This document shows positions 16,041 through 24,912 of a DNA stretch of 32,000 bases, piece by piece. Both the position numbers and the translations under genes were made by a program. This DNA is from an uncultured Pseudomonadota bacterium. GTDB lineage: Bacteria; Pseudomonadota; Alphaproteobacteria; Acetobacterales; Acetobacteraceae. Positions within the stretch are counted from its first letter, which is position 1, and each line of letters starts with the position of its first letter. The stretch spans positions 365,430 to 397,429 of the forward strand of contig CAWKGV010000005.1 in NCBI GenBank assembly GCA_963849305.1, given 5' to 3'. A model generated the notes under the pieces. It saw nothing but the letters and a program-made list of their open reading frames with translations. It ran no database searches and had not been told where the DNA came from.

Positions 16041-17200
16041 CGCGGATGCTCGCCAGCGTGACCGGGCCGGAGGAGGCCGAGGTGGCGCTGGCCGGCGGAG
16101 CCGATATCATCGACCTGAAGGATCCCTCGCGCGGAGCGCTTGGCGCGGTCAACGCGACCGTGGTGCGCGCGACCGTCGCTCGCGTGGCGGGTCGGCGCCC
16201 CATAAGCGCGGTTGCCGGCGACCGGCCGATGCAGCCCGCCTCGCTCCTCGCGGCGGGAAGCGAGATGGTAGAGGCCGGCGCGGAGTTCGTGAAACTCGGC
16301 ATCTTCCCTGACGGCGACCCGCGAACTGCCTTGCGCGGCCTCGCCCCGCTCGCCGCGAGAACGCGCCTAATCGCCGTGCTGTTCGCCGATGGCGCGCCGG
16401 ACCTATCGCTGCTACCGGTGCTGGCCGAGACCGGCTTTGCCGGCGCGATGCTCGACACAGCGCGCAAGGATGGGCGCCGGCTGCTCGATCACATGGACCT
16501 GCCGCCCCTACGCGGCTTCGTCGGCGCCTGTCGGCGGTATGGGCTGACCGCCGGCCTGGCCGGATCCTTGGAAGCGCCGGACGTGCCGCGGCTGCTGGTG
16601 CTCGCCCCGGAGGTGCTCGGGTTTCGCGGCGCGCTGTGCGGCACGGGAGGCCGCACGTCCGCGATTGACGCTGCTTCCGTGCAGGCGATTCGCGCGCTCA
16701 TCCCGCGCGAATGCGACGATGCCAGCGGTTCGGGCTTCGATTTGCGCGTGCTTGCGGCGCGCGGCTATGCCGAAGACCTGGCGGCGGACCCCGCCCTCAC
16801 TGACCGCGTGTTCGTCCGCGACCTGGTGCTGCCCGTGCGAATCGGCGCCTACGCCCACGAGCGGGGCGCGCCGCAGCGCGTGCGCTTCGGGGTGGAAGCC
16901 ACCGTGTTGCGCCCGGCGCAGCCGACCGAGGACATGCGGGACGTATTTTCCTATGACGTGATCACCGATGGTATCCGGATGCTGGTCGAGTCCGGCCATG
17001 TGATGCTCACCGAGACCCTGGCCGAGCGCATCGCCGCGCTTCTGCTCGCCCATCCGCGCGTGGTCAAGGTCGCGGTGCTGGTCGAGAAGCTGGATGTCGG
17101 CACCGGCGTCGTGGGTGTGGCGATCGAACGGACCGCCGAAACGCCCGTGCCGGCGACGGACAGCCTCTTTGCGGGCCTCAGCGGCGGGACCGGCGCATGA
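16037..17200 (+). CDS. Fusion protein: MfnB-like (5-formylfuran-3-yl)methyl phosphate synthase (DUF556) N-terminal domain plus FolB-type dihydroneopterin aldolase C-terminal domain
   Basis: aa 1-~235 contain GGADIIDLKDPSRGALGA, FVKLG and AMLDTARKDGRRLLDHM...LAGSL..FRGALC, matching archaeal MfnB (MJ1099) as I recall it. From aa ~256 (nt 16802), DRVFVRDLVLPVRIGAYAHERGAPQRVRFGVEATV...FSYDVI...LTETLAERIAALLL...VKVAVLVEKLD..GVVGVAIER follows the FolB pattern. Confidence 0.8.
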   Translation: MTRMLASVTGPEEAEVALAGGADIIDLKDPSRGALGAVNATVVRATVARVAGRRPISAVAGDRPMQPASLLAAGSEMVEAGAEFVKLGIFPDGDPRTALRGLAPLAARTRLIAVLFADGAPDLSLLPVLAETGFAGAMLDTARKDGRRLLDHMDLPPLRGFVGACRRYGLTAGLAGSLEAPDVPRLLVLAPEVLGFRGALCGTGGRTSAIDAASVQAIRALIPRECDDASGSGFDLRVLAARGYAEDLAADPALTDRVFVRDLVLPVRIGAYAHERGAPQRVRFGVEATVLRPAQPTEDMRDVFSYDVITDGIRMLVESGHVMLTETLAERIAALLLAHPRVVKVAVLVEKLDVGTGVVGVAIERTAETPVPATDSLFAGLSGGTGA

Positions 17201-17817
17201 CACCTGCCGTGGTCGTGAAACTCGGCGGCAGCCACGCCGCCTCGTTCCTGCTGCGCCCCTGGCTCGCCGCCGTGGCCGGTGTGGCCGGTGTGGTGGTTGT
17301 CCCCGGCGGCGGCCCGTTCGCCGACGCGGTGCGGGCCGCGCAGCCGAAAATGGGTTTCGGCGACCGGGCAGCGCACGACATGGGGCTGCTCGCGATGGCG
17401 CAGTACGGGCTCGCCCTGGCCGGCATCGAGCCGCGTCTCGTGCCAGCCGACACGCTTGAAGCACTCCGGGACGCGATCGGTATTGGCCGGGTCGCCGTCT
17501 GGCTGCCTTGGCCGATGCTGCGCGATGCGCCGGACATTCCCGCCGCTTGGGATGTGACCTCCGACAGCCTCGCGCTCTGGCTGGCGGCGGCGCTTGGGAC
17601 GCCGCGCGTGCTGCTGGTGAAGCGCCGGCCTCCGCCGGCCGTGGCCGATGCCAAACGGATCGCCCGCGAGGGGCTGGTCGATGCCGCCTTTCCGGCTTTC
17701 TTGCTGCGGTTTCGGGGCGACGTCTGGATTGCCGGACCCGATGATCTGCCGATTTCCCCGATCGACCCGCGCGCGCCGCCCGGGTTTCGGGTGGTGCCGA
17801 CATTCCCCCGACCATGA
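17197..17817 (+). CDS. Amino-acid-kinase-fold protein of the H4MPT/methylofuran cluster (orf20/MfnE-like)
   Basis: N-terminal VVKLGGS motif, followed by VVVPGGGPFAD. ATGA overlaps at both ends. Confidence 0.65.
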   Translation: MTPAVVVKLGGSHAASFLLRPWLAAVAGVAGVVVVPGGGPFADAVRAAQPKMGFGDRAAHDMGLLAMAQYGLALAGIEPRLVPADTLEALRDAIGIGRVAVWLPWPMLRDAPDIPAAWDVTSDSLALWLAAALGTPRVLLVKRRPPPAVADAKRIAREGLVDAAFPAFLLRFRGDVWIAGPDDLPISPIDPRAPPGFRVVPTFPRP

Positions 17818-19223
17818 CCGAGCGTATTCTGTTCCTGACCGGCCACCTCGCCCAGCCCCGGCTCGAGCGCTTGCTCACGGGCATGGGCGAGACCGGGTTC
17901 GCCTGGGAGGTGGTGGATATCGGCGTGAAGGTGGCCGCGCTCATGACCGAGCCAATCGTGCGTCGCCGGCTGCGCCGGCCGATCGCGGCCGACCGCGTGA
18001 TCTTCCCTGGCCGCGCCGGCCTGGATGCCGACCGGCTCGCCGCCGACTTCGGCGTCGCCTTCGAGCGCGGGCCGGACGAGCTGGCCGATCTGCCATCCTA
18101 TCTTGGCCGGGCGGGTCGCAAGCCGGACCTCTCGCGCCACGACATCCGCATCTTCGCCGAGATTGTCGATGCGCCAAAGCTTGGTGCCGATGCGCTGCTC
18201 GCGCGCGCACGCGCGATGCGCGCCGAAGGGGCGGAGGTGATCGACCTCGGCTGCAAGCCCGGCCTGCCCTTCCCGGCGCTGGAAGACTGCGTCCGACTGC
18301 TGCGCGCGGAGGGGTTCACGGTCAGCGTGGACTCCGGCGACCCGGCCGAGCTGCGCCGGGGCGCCGAGGCGGGTGCAGATTTTCTACTCAGCCTGACCGA
18401 ACGGACGCTTGACATCGCCGCCGGCACGCGCGCCGTCGCGGTTCTCATCCCCGCCGCTCCCGGCGACCTCGAATCGCTGGTCCGCGCGGCGGAGGGGGCG
18501 CGGAGGCGGTCCCTGCCCTGCCTCCTCGACCCAGTGCTCGACCCTATCCATTTCGGCTTCACCGCCTCGCTGATGCGCTATGCGGAGCTGCGCCGGAATC
18601 TCCCCAAGGCCGAGATCCTGATGGGCACCGGGAACCTGACGGAACTGACCGACGCGGATTCCTCCGGCGTGACCGCGCTGCTCATGGGCATCTGCTCAGA
18701 GCTTGCGATCCGCAACGTGCTCGTGGTGCAGGTGAGCCCGCATACCAGACGCACGGTGACCGAGCACGATTTCGCTCGGCGGCTGATGTACGCGGCGCGC
18801 AGCGATGCCGCGCTGCCTCAGGGCTACGGAGCGGATCTGTTGCAAGTACACGACCGCAAGCCGTTCGTCACGACTTCGGAAGAGATCGCCGCCCTCACGG
18901 CGGAGATGCGCGACGCCAATTTCCGAGTCGCCACGGCGACTGACGGCATCCACGTCTATTCCGGCCGAATGCACGCGGTACGGCAACACGCCCTGGCCTT
19001 TTTCCCCGAGCTCGGCGTGGAGGCGGACGGCGCGCACGCCTTCTATCTCGGCACGGAGCTCATGAAGGCCGAGATCGCGCTGGCACTCGGCAAGCGGTAC
19101 GCCCAGGACGAACCGCTTGATTGGGGCTGCGCCGCGCCGCGCCAGGCGCGTGATGCGACCCGGCTTGCCGAGGCAGGCCACACGTTGCGGTCGAAACAGA
19201 CGCGCGGCACCGATGATCCGTGA
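17814..19223 (+). CDS. Dihydropteroate-synthase-like (pterin-binding) protein of H4MPT biosynthesis (orf21 / MJ0107-like)
   Basis: 469 aa. A central TIM-barrel-like region (GAEVIDLGCKPG...VSVDSGDP...LLDPVLDPIHFGF...ILMGTGNLTELTDADSSGV) resembles the archaeal DHPS-related family. Confidence 0.7.
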   Translation: MTERILFLTGHLAQPRLERLLTGMGETGFAWEVVDIGVKVAALMTEPIVRRRLRRPIAADRVIFPGRAGLDADRLAADFGVAFERGPDELADLPSYLGRAGRKPDLSRHDIRIFAEIVDAPKLGADALLARARAMRAEGAEVIDLGCKPGLPFPALEDCVRLLRAEGFTVSVDSGDPAELRRGAEAGADFLLSLTERTLDIAAGTRAVAVLIPAAPGDLESLVRAAEGARRRSLPCLLDPVLDPIHFGFTASLMRYAELRRNLPKAEILMGTGNLTELTDADSSGVTALLMGICSELAIRNVLVVQVSPHTRRTVTEHDFARRLMYAARSDAALPQGYGADLLQVHDRKPFVTTSEEIAALTAEMRDANFRVATATDGIHVYSGRMHAVRQHALAFFPELGVEADGAHAFYLGTELMKAEIALALGKRYAQDEPLDWGCAAPRQARDATRLAEAGHTLRSKQTRGTDDP

Positions 19224-19770
19224 GACGGTTGTCACGACGGCCTCGGCGACGGGCGTGGTGCATATCGCTCCGCTGGGGCTCATCGAGGAGCCGGGCGGCT
19301 GGGTGATCGCGCCGTTCCGCCCCTCCGCGACGTTGGAGAACTTGCGTGCGGTGCCCTGCGCGGTGGCGAACTACGTTGACGACGTGCGGATCATCGCCGG
19401 GTGCCTGACCGGTCGGCGGGAATGGCGCTGTGTGCCGTCCTGTCAAGTAGCGCCGCCGCGCCTCGCCGCCGCGCTGGCCCATGCCGAGCTTGAGGTGGTC
19501 GCGGTCGAGGAAGACGCGCTGCGCCCGCGCTTCCATTGCCGGGTGATCCATCTCGCGACTCACGCCCCGTTCCGCGGCTTCAACCGAGCCCAGGCCGCCG
19601 TGGTGGAAGCTGCGATCTTGGTCAGCCGCCTGGCCATGCTGCCGCGTGAGAAGGTGGAGCGGGAGATCGAGTATCTGCGGATCGCGGTGAACAAGACCGC
19701 TGGCCCGGCGGAGCTGGAGGCGTGGGAATGGTTGATGGGGGCCGTCGGCGCGCACTACAACGACGTATGA
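19213..19770 (+). CDS. DUF447 family protein (orf22 / MfnF-like, FMN-binding split-barrel fold)
   Basis: ATG at 19213 overlaps the upstream gene by 11 nt. Sequence: MIRETVVTTASATGVVHIAPLGL...NLRAVPCAVANYVDDVRIIA...HAPFRGFNRAQAAVVEAAILVSRL. Confidence 0.65.
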   Translation: MIRETVVTTASATGVVHIAPLGLIEEPGGWVIAPFRPSATLENLRAVPCAVANYVDDVRIIAGCLTGRREWRCVPSCQVAPPRLAAALAHAELEVVAVEEDALRPRFHCRVIHLATHAPFRGFNRAQAAVVEAAILVSRLAMLPREKVEREIEYLRIAVNKTAGPAELEAWEWLMGAVGAHYNDV

Positions 19771-19783
19771 GCTTGGCGGCTAA

Positions 19784-21064
19784 CTACTTTTGGCCCCGTT
19801 CGGCCAACTCAATGGCGCGTTGCTGCCAAGGCTGATGACCGGGGTTCAATTCACTCGCCTTCTTGGCCGCGTCCAATGCTCGAGCAAGGTCTCCCTGACG
19901 CTGCAACAAATGACTGAGCTGATCGTGGAAATATGCATTGTGCGGCATCAAGGATGCCGCCGTTTCGAGTGCCGTCACGGCTTGATCCAAATTGCCTCTT
20001 TCGCGCTCCACGTGCGCAAGGCGATCCCATGCGATAGCGTCAGACGGACGATCCCGCGTTGCCCGCCGCGCGACATCCGCTGCGTCGGGCAGTCGCCCTT
20101 GACGACATAGAACCTCTACATGGGCTTTGAGCACTTCGGAGTTGTAGTCGCCCAGATTTGCGGCTTGCTGAACAAAAGCCTCGGCATGATCAAGGGAACC
20201 GCGATGATGCAGCACATAGCGAGTGAGGCGCAGATAATGTTCTTGGGAGCATCTGACAGATCTCAAATAATGTTCGGCATAATTCAGCGCCCGATCGAGG
20301 CTCCGCGGCCGCTTCTTCAGGATCGCCGCTGCGCCCCCCACTATTGAGATGGCATCGATATTATCTATGATATATCGATCTTCCCCCCAGATCTCTCCGC
20401 CGGGGAGCCTGTTGTGCATCCGATCCCGCGCCAGGCCAAGGATGTAGTCAGTCGCGGAGACCGATCCGTTGCCGGCCCAACGATCGCCCCACCTTCCCGA
20501 GTGAAACTCGAGATCCTCAACAACATACAGTCCACCCGGAGTGAGCATCGGGAAAAGATGCTTAAATGACCAGACGATATGATGGGCTAAATGAGAACCG
20601 TCATCGATGATGATAGTTGGCGGATATTCTTTACAGACTGAGTACCAAAAGCCAGGATCCTCCTGGGATCCCGTCCTTATCACAACGCGATCACCGGCTA
20701 GCCGAGCGCAGTCAGGATTTATGTCAATGCCGACGATTGTCGCTCGTGGAAAATAGGTCCGCCATACATTCAGAGAACGGCCTCTCTCGACGCCGATCTC
20801 CATCAGATTGATCGCTTGGCCGCGCCACGGCGCAAAAATCCGCTCGTAGTGTCGTAGATAGTCCCAAGAAAACGATTCAGAGGAAGACTTATCGGTTCCT
20901 TCCAATACCCCAACGATATCCAGGTCAAGTTCAGCGGCACTTGTCAGACTATCCATCGGCTTCCTTGCCTTGTCGGCGCCCAGAGAGCGGACCTCTGTCC
21001 GGATCGACGGACCTTCTACGGCCCGCGAGACAGGCGAAACAAGTCCATAATGTTCCCGAGCCAT
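19784..21064 (-). CDS. Class I SAM-dependent (sugar/natural-product O-methyltransferase-like) methyltransferase fused to C-terminal TPR repeats
   Basis: WDYLRHYERIF...INLMEIGVERGRSLNVWRTYFPRATIVGIDIN...TIIIDDGSHLAHHIVWSFKHLFPMLTPGGLYVVEDL, followed by about 150 aa of TPR-like repeats (..GNLDQAVTALETAASLMPHNAYFHDQLSHLLQRQGDLARALDAAKKASELNP). An alternative start at ATG 20956 is preceded by AAGGAAG. G+C is visibly lower here: 26/60 in 20341-20400. Confidence 0.75.
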   Translation of the reverse strand: MAREHYGLVSPVSRAVEGPSIRTEVRSLGADKARKPMDSLTSAAELDLDIVGVLEGTDKSSSESFSWDYLRHYERIFAPWRGQAINLMEIGVERGRSLNVWRTYFPRATIVGIDINPDCARLAGDRVVIRTGSQEDPGFWYSVCKEYPPTIIIDDGSHLAHHIVWSFKHLFPMLTPGGLYVVEDLEFHSGRWGDRWAGNGSVSATDYILGLARDRMHNRLPGGEIWGEDRYIIDNIDAISIVGGAAAILKKRPRSLDRALNYAEHYLRSVRCSQEHYLRLTRYVLHHRGSLDHAEAFVQQAANLGDYNSEVLKAHVEVLCRQGRLPDAADVARRATRDRPSDAIAWDRLAHVERERGNLDQAVTALETAASLMPHNAYFHDQLSHLLQRQGDLARALDAAKKASELNPGHQPWQQRAIELAERGQK

Positions 21065-21102
21065 TTTCCTTCAGCTCCGGCCGCTATTCGGCAGTGGGGC
21101 TT

Positions 21103-22065
21103 TCACGAGCCTGATGGGAAGCGAGGAAGCGATCTCGTGTCCGCGCGTTCCAGCGCGGGGCGGTCCCACTGTGCCAGGTCAGCCGCCGCGTCGTAGGTGC
21201 TAAGAAGGAACTCCATCAGACAATCATCCGGCGATGGTGCCCGGCGGACCGCGTCGTAGGGCAGGATGAATTGCCCGAGGTCTTGGTCATAGGATGCGGC
21301 GGCCGGGCGAATGGGCGCGCCTGGAAATCCAGGTGGCTCTGGGTAGGCATAACTGTAGAAGGCGGCCTGGCCCAAGCCTCCATTGCCGGGCCAAAAACCG
21401 CAACTGCTTACCTCGTGCGAGTACGCTTTGCGCATGACCCACGCCCCGAGATGAGGCGAATTGCTCGTCAGCGGCGGCGCCTTGCGTCCGGAGAATCGCG
21501 TGACCGCCAGATCGAAACTCCCCCAGAAGAAATGTACCGGGCTCACCTTGCCGAGGAACCGTGACCGGAAGCGAGTGCAGACGCGGTCCGCTTGAACAAG
21601 GATGCGCCAGAACCGGCGAGCGTACTCCGGATCGTAGGAGGCATGATCCCGATCGTGTTCGAATGGAACCGCGTCCGGTATCTCGACCGGCATGGTCCAG
21701 ATCCGGGTCTCCAGCCCAAGCCCGCGCAGCCGACCCATGACTTCCACATAAAAATCCGCAACGCTGCGCGCCGAGAGCGGGATCGTCGCGATGGCGCCGT
21801 CGCTGGTTCGGATTTCGAGGCGATGGTCGATAAAATCGAAGTCGATCTGGAAGATGCGGGCGTCGTAAGGGATCGGCGAGGTGGTCAGCCCACGGCTGGT
21901 CACGTAAAGGGGCACCTGCCACCAATGATTGATCATCGGCGCATGGGCGAGGCGGATTTTTCCAACCACTTGCGTCCAAAGATGGAGCGTCGCGCAAGTG
22001 TCCGCCCACTCCGAAAGGGGGAGATCCGGCCAATCGGTCGCTTGAGGCTCTCTCATCGTGGCCAT
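21103..22065 (-). CDS. Conserved protein of unknown function, DUF5996-like
   Basis: WADTCATLHLWTQVVGKIRLAHAPMINHWWQVPLYVTSRGLTTS...KVSPVHFFWGSFDLAVTRFSGRKAP...FYSYAYPEPPGF matches my memory of that family. ATG 22065 overlaps, by one nt (TGATG), the TGA that closes the restored hydrolase frame. Confidence 0.65.
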   Translation of the reverse strand: MATMREPQATDWPDLPLSEWADTCATLHLWTQVVGKIRLAHAPMINHWWQVPLYVTSRGLTTSPIPYDARIFQIDFDFIDHRLEIRTSDGAIATIPLSARSVADFYVEVMGRLRGLGLETRIWTMPVEIPDAVPFEHDRDHASYDPEYARRFWRILVQADRVCTRFRSRFLGKVSPVHFFWGSFDLAVTRFSGRKAPPLTSNSPHLGAWVMRKAYSHEVSSCGFWPGNGGLGQAAFYSYAYPEPPGFPGAPIRPAAASYDQDLGQFILPYDAVRRAPSPDDCLMEFLLSTYDAAADLAQWDRPALERADTRSLPRFPSGS

Positions 22066-22887
22066 CACGCCGTGATGAAGGCAAGCAGGTCTTGGTTGAC
22101 CTGATCCTTCATGGTGGTGCACATGCCGTGCGGAGCCCCATTATAGACCTTAAGCTGCGCATTCCTGACAAGCTTGGACGACAGCAGAGCCGAGTTCGGC
22201 GATCGGCACGATCTGGTCGTCGTCGCCGTGTAGAATCAGGGTCGGCACATCAAACGCCTTCAGATCCTCCGTGAAGTCGGTCTCGGAGAACGCCTTGACG
22301 CAGAAATAGGAAGCCGGAAGGCCGGCCGTCATGCCTTGCAACCAGAACGACTCGCGCACCCCTTCCGAGATTTTCGCGCCGGGCCTGTTGTAGCCGTAGA
22401 AGGGCAGGCTGAGATCCTTCCAGAACTTCGAGCGATCGGCGAGCACGGCGGCACGGATCTGGTCGAACGCCGCGAGCGGCGTGCCACCTGGGTTGGAGTC
22501 GGTCTTCAGCATCAGGGGCGGCACGGCGCCGATCAGCACGGCTTTCGCCACGCGCTTCGTGCCGTGGCGGCCGATATAGCGGGCGACTTCGCCACCGCCC
22601 GTCGAGTGGCCGACGTGGATCGCACTCTTCAGGTCGAGCTTTTCGACCAGTTCCGCGAGATCATCCGCGTAGGTATCCATGTCGTTGCCCCGCCAGGGCT
22701 GGGCGGAGCGGCCATGCCCGCGACGATCATGAGCGATGCAGCGATAACCACGAGAGGCCAGGAAGAACATCTGATCCTCAAAGGCATCCGCGCTCAGCGG
22801 CCAGCCATGACTGAACACGACGGGCTGACCAGTGCCCCAGTCGTTGTAATAAATCAGCGTGCCGTCCGTCGTGGTGATCGTGCTCAT
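22065..22887 (-). pseudogene. Non-haem chloroperoxidase / arylesterase-type alpha/beta hydrolase with a +1 nt frameshift near codon 230
   Basis: The N-terminal 229 aa are canonical ([19 protein letters not shown], nucleophile elbow [21 protein letters not shown]). The track ORF then ends in [15 protein letters not shown] at 22150. The canonical tail [43 protein letters not shown] lies in another frame and ends at 22065-22067. Deleting one A of GAAC (22195-22196) restores PIADSALLSS. Confidence 0.75.
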
Positions 22888-22958
22888 GGTCTGTCCTTTC
22901 TGACAGGCAGGAGCGGTCGAGTTTGCACCGATCCCAGCCTTGGCAACGCTGGCGACAG

Positions 22959-23996
22959 TTACGCGAGTAAACTAACCGCCACTGCGGGCGCGCAGTGGTT
23001 CAGCCAATCGGTCGCGCCGACGCATCCCGGCGGCAGTACCGCGGCGAAGTCTCGGCATGGACGCCCCAGCCGCGCCGCCAGTTTCGCGGCGAGGTGCCGG
23101 CCGATCCCCGCCGCCAGCACCGGAGCTTCCGGCAAGACCGTTCCGCGCGAGAGCACCAGCATGGCCCCATCGGCGATCTGGCGAAGCTGCGCCTCGGCGA
23201 ACCAGACGGCCAAGTCCCGCCAGGCGGCATCGGGCAGCTCGGCGGCGTCGCGCCCGATCATCCGCGCGAGCCGCGCGCGGGACGCCGGCACGGACTTCTC
23301 GCGCCCGTCGGCGGCCGGAAGCTGGTCAACCCCATCGGGCAATTCCCCTAAAACCCGATACACGTCGGCACTGGAGGCGAAGTATTCGCCGGCGAGCGGC
23401 GTCCAAGTCCCCGCGACGGGCGCGCGCGCGCAGAGCGCCATGACGAACGAACGCGTCAACCCGGTGTACACTAGCTCGCCGCAAGCGAGCCGTTCGGCAT
23501 CGGTCCAGCCGACCTGAACCGGGGCCCCACCGGCGATCGGCACTAGGTCGGCGGTGGTCGAGCCGATGTCCACTAGCAGCGCATCCACCGCGTATCGGGC
23601 AGCGAGCACGGCAGTCGCGTGCCAATTGGCGGAGGCAATGGCACCGGCATGGCGGGAGGCGGCCTCGGGCGGCACCATCCCGTCCGGACCCGCGTAGAGC
23701 AGCAGCGGCGCGGGTGCGAGCGCGTCGCGCAGCACCGTGGCCAGGCGCGCGACGCCTTCGGCTCGGCTCGCGAACAGGTCCGCCAGCTCGCCAGTCATCG
23801 TCGCCGCGTGCCGGTCCGCTTCCCCGATCTGGTCGCGCGCCTCTGTGATCGCTTGCACCAGACGATCGAGCCCGAGCCAGAGCGGGCTCGGGATCTGAAT
23901 CACTTCCATGACGCGTGCCGCCCCAGCGCCATCCCGTTCGAGCCGCGCGGCCTTCAGATGCGCGCCCCCGACGTCCCATCCGATCACGCTGCCCAT
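22959..23996 (-). CDS. Hydantoinase/oxoprolinase-fold (ASKHA) protein of the H4MPT-linked C1 transfer pathway
   Basis: ATG at 23996 gives [17 protein letters not shown]...[15 protein letters not shown]...[11 protein letters not shown], 345 aa. The track's longer N-terminus crosses the divergent gap. Confidence 0.7.
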   Translation of the reverse strand: MGSVIGWDVGGAHLKAARLERDGAGAARVMEVIQIPSPLWLGLDRLVQAITEARDQIGEADRHAATMTGELADLFASRAEGVARLATVLRDALAPAPLLLYAGPDGMVPPEAASRHAGAIASANWHATAVLAARYAVDALLVDIGSTTADLVPIAGGAPVQVGWTDAERLACGELVYTGLTRSFVMALCARAPVAGTWTPLAGEYFASSADVYRVLGELPDGVDQLPAADGREKSVPASRARLARMIGRDAAELPDAAWRDLAVWFAEAQLRQIADGAMLVLSRGTVLPEAPVLAAGIGRHLAAKLAARLGRPCRDFAAVLPPGCVGATDWLNHCAPAVAVSLLA

Positions 23997-24050
23997 CGCC
24001 CCCGCCCCCTGCCGCTTGACGCTTCGTTGCGGAGCGTCACGATAGCACGC

Positions 24051-24752
24051 ATGGACATCATCCCGGTGATCGACCTCAAGGGCGGGCACGTGGTTCACGC
24101 ACGCCAGGGCCGCCGGGACGACTACCAACCGATCGAAACGCCGCTCGCCCGATCCAGCGCGCCGCTCGAGATAGTGTCGGGGCTGCTCGGGACGCATCCG
24201 TTTCGCCGGCTCTACGTCGCCGATCTGGACGCGATCGGCGCGACTGGCGAGCATCGGGGGGAGTTGCGTGCCATCTCGGAACGCCACCCCGGCATCGAGT
24301 TGTGGGTTGATCGCGGAATCGGCACGCACGAGGCGGCGCGGGAATGGCTGCGGGTCGGTGTGGGTTCGCTTGTGCTCGGCAGCGAGTCACAGACCGGCAC
24401 CGACTTGCTCCGCGCGCTGCGCGAGGAGCCGCGCGTGGTGCTGTCGCTCGACTTCCGGGATGAGGCTTTCCAAGGCCCGGCGGCGATCCTGGAACAGCCG
24501 GCGCTTTGGCCCGTACGGGTGATCGTCATGACGCTGGCTCGCGTCGGCGCGAGCCAAGGGCCGGACCTGGACCGCGTGGCCGATGCGCTCCGCCGCCGGC
24601 CCGGCGGTTCGGTCTATGCCGCCGGCGGAGTACGCGACATCGCCGACCTGCGCGCGCTCGCCGCGCTCGGCGCGGCGGGCGCGCTGGTCGCGACCGCTCT
24701 GCACGCGGGCGCGCTTACCGCCTCGGAACTGAGGCAGCTCGATCCATTCTAG
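24051..24752 (+). CDS. HisA/HisF-family (beta/alpha)8-barrel protein associated with H4MPT biosynthesis
   Basis: ATG at 24051 gives MDIIPVIDLKGGHVVHARQGRRDDY...YVADLDAI...VLSLDFR...VYAAGGVRDIADLRAL. Confidence 0.7.
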   Translation: MDIIPVIDLKGGHVVHARQGRRDDYQPIETPLARSSAPLEIVSGLLGTHPFRRLYVADLDAIGATGEHRGELRAISERHPGIELWVDRGIGTHEAAREWLRVGVGSLVLGSESQTGTDLLRALREEPRVVLSLDFRDEAFQGPAAILEQPALWPVRVIVMTLARVGASQGPDLDRVADALRRRPGGSVYAAGGVRDIADLRALAALGAAGALVATALHAGALTASELRQLDPF

Positions 24753-24800
24753 GCCGCTCGGGCTCTTCTTGAGGTGACTTTTGGCGCTGCTTCCATCGTC

Positions 24801-24823
24801 ATGGCCGTGCTTGTCACGGCCAT
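24801..24823. terminator. Hairpin ATGGCCGTG-cttgt-CACGGCCAT between convergent genes
   Basis: Perfect 9-bp stem read directly from the sequence. There is no U-tract, so terminator function is not assured. Confidence 0.3.
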
Positions 24824-24855
24824 CCACGACTTGCGTGCCGGAAAGGCAGTCGTAG

Positions 24856-24877
24856 ATGCTCGCGTAAGCGCGAGCAT
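24856..24877. terminator. Hairpin ATGCTCGCG-taag-CGCGAGCAT between convergent genes
   Basis: Perfect 9-bp stem followed by TT on the plus strand, 36 bp beyond the fae stop. Confidence 0.3.
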
Positions 24878-24912
24878 TGACGATAGGAAACTCGCAGCGG
24901 TAGCAAAAGAGG

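Noticed and set aside
15302-17200. 632-aa plus-strand ORF
   Set aside because: The first ~245 codons overlap the binding-protein gene, the divergent gap and the secreted-protein gene in another frame. MfnB-like similarity begins at ATG 16037.
16508-17944. 478-aa minus-strand ORF
   Set aside because: It is antisense to the MfnB::FolB and kinase-like genes. It is extremely Arg/Pro/Ala-rich, which marks it as a high-G+C artefact.
20354-20379. Inverted repeat ATCGATAT-N10-ATATCGAT
   Set aside because: It lies inside the methyltransferase coding sequence and is explained by the peptide ..YIIDNIDAIS.. in low-G+C codons.
22185-22210. Programmed ribosomal frameshifting at this site, and likewise at 28960-28975 and 29840-29850
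   Set aside because: None of the three sites has a slippery X_XXY_YYZ heptamer or an obvious downstream stimulatory structure. In each case the restored protein is an ordinary single-frame family member.
22941-22956. TGGCA-containing sigma54-like sequence
   Set aside because: It has no properly spaced TTGC -12 element, and it points towards the 3' end of a convergent gene.
22336-23517. 393-aa plus-strand ORF
   Set aside because: It is antisense to the chloroperoxidase-type and hydantoinase-fold genes and spans the intergenic region between them.
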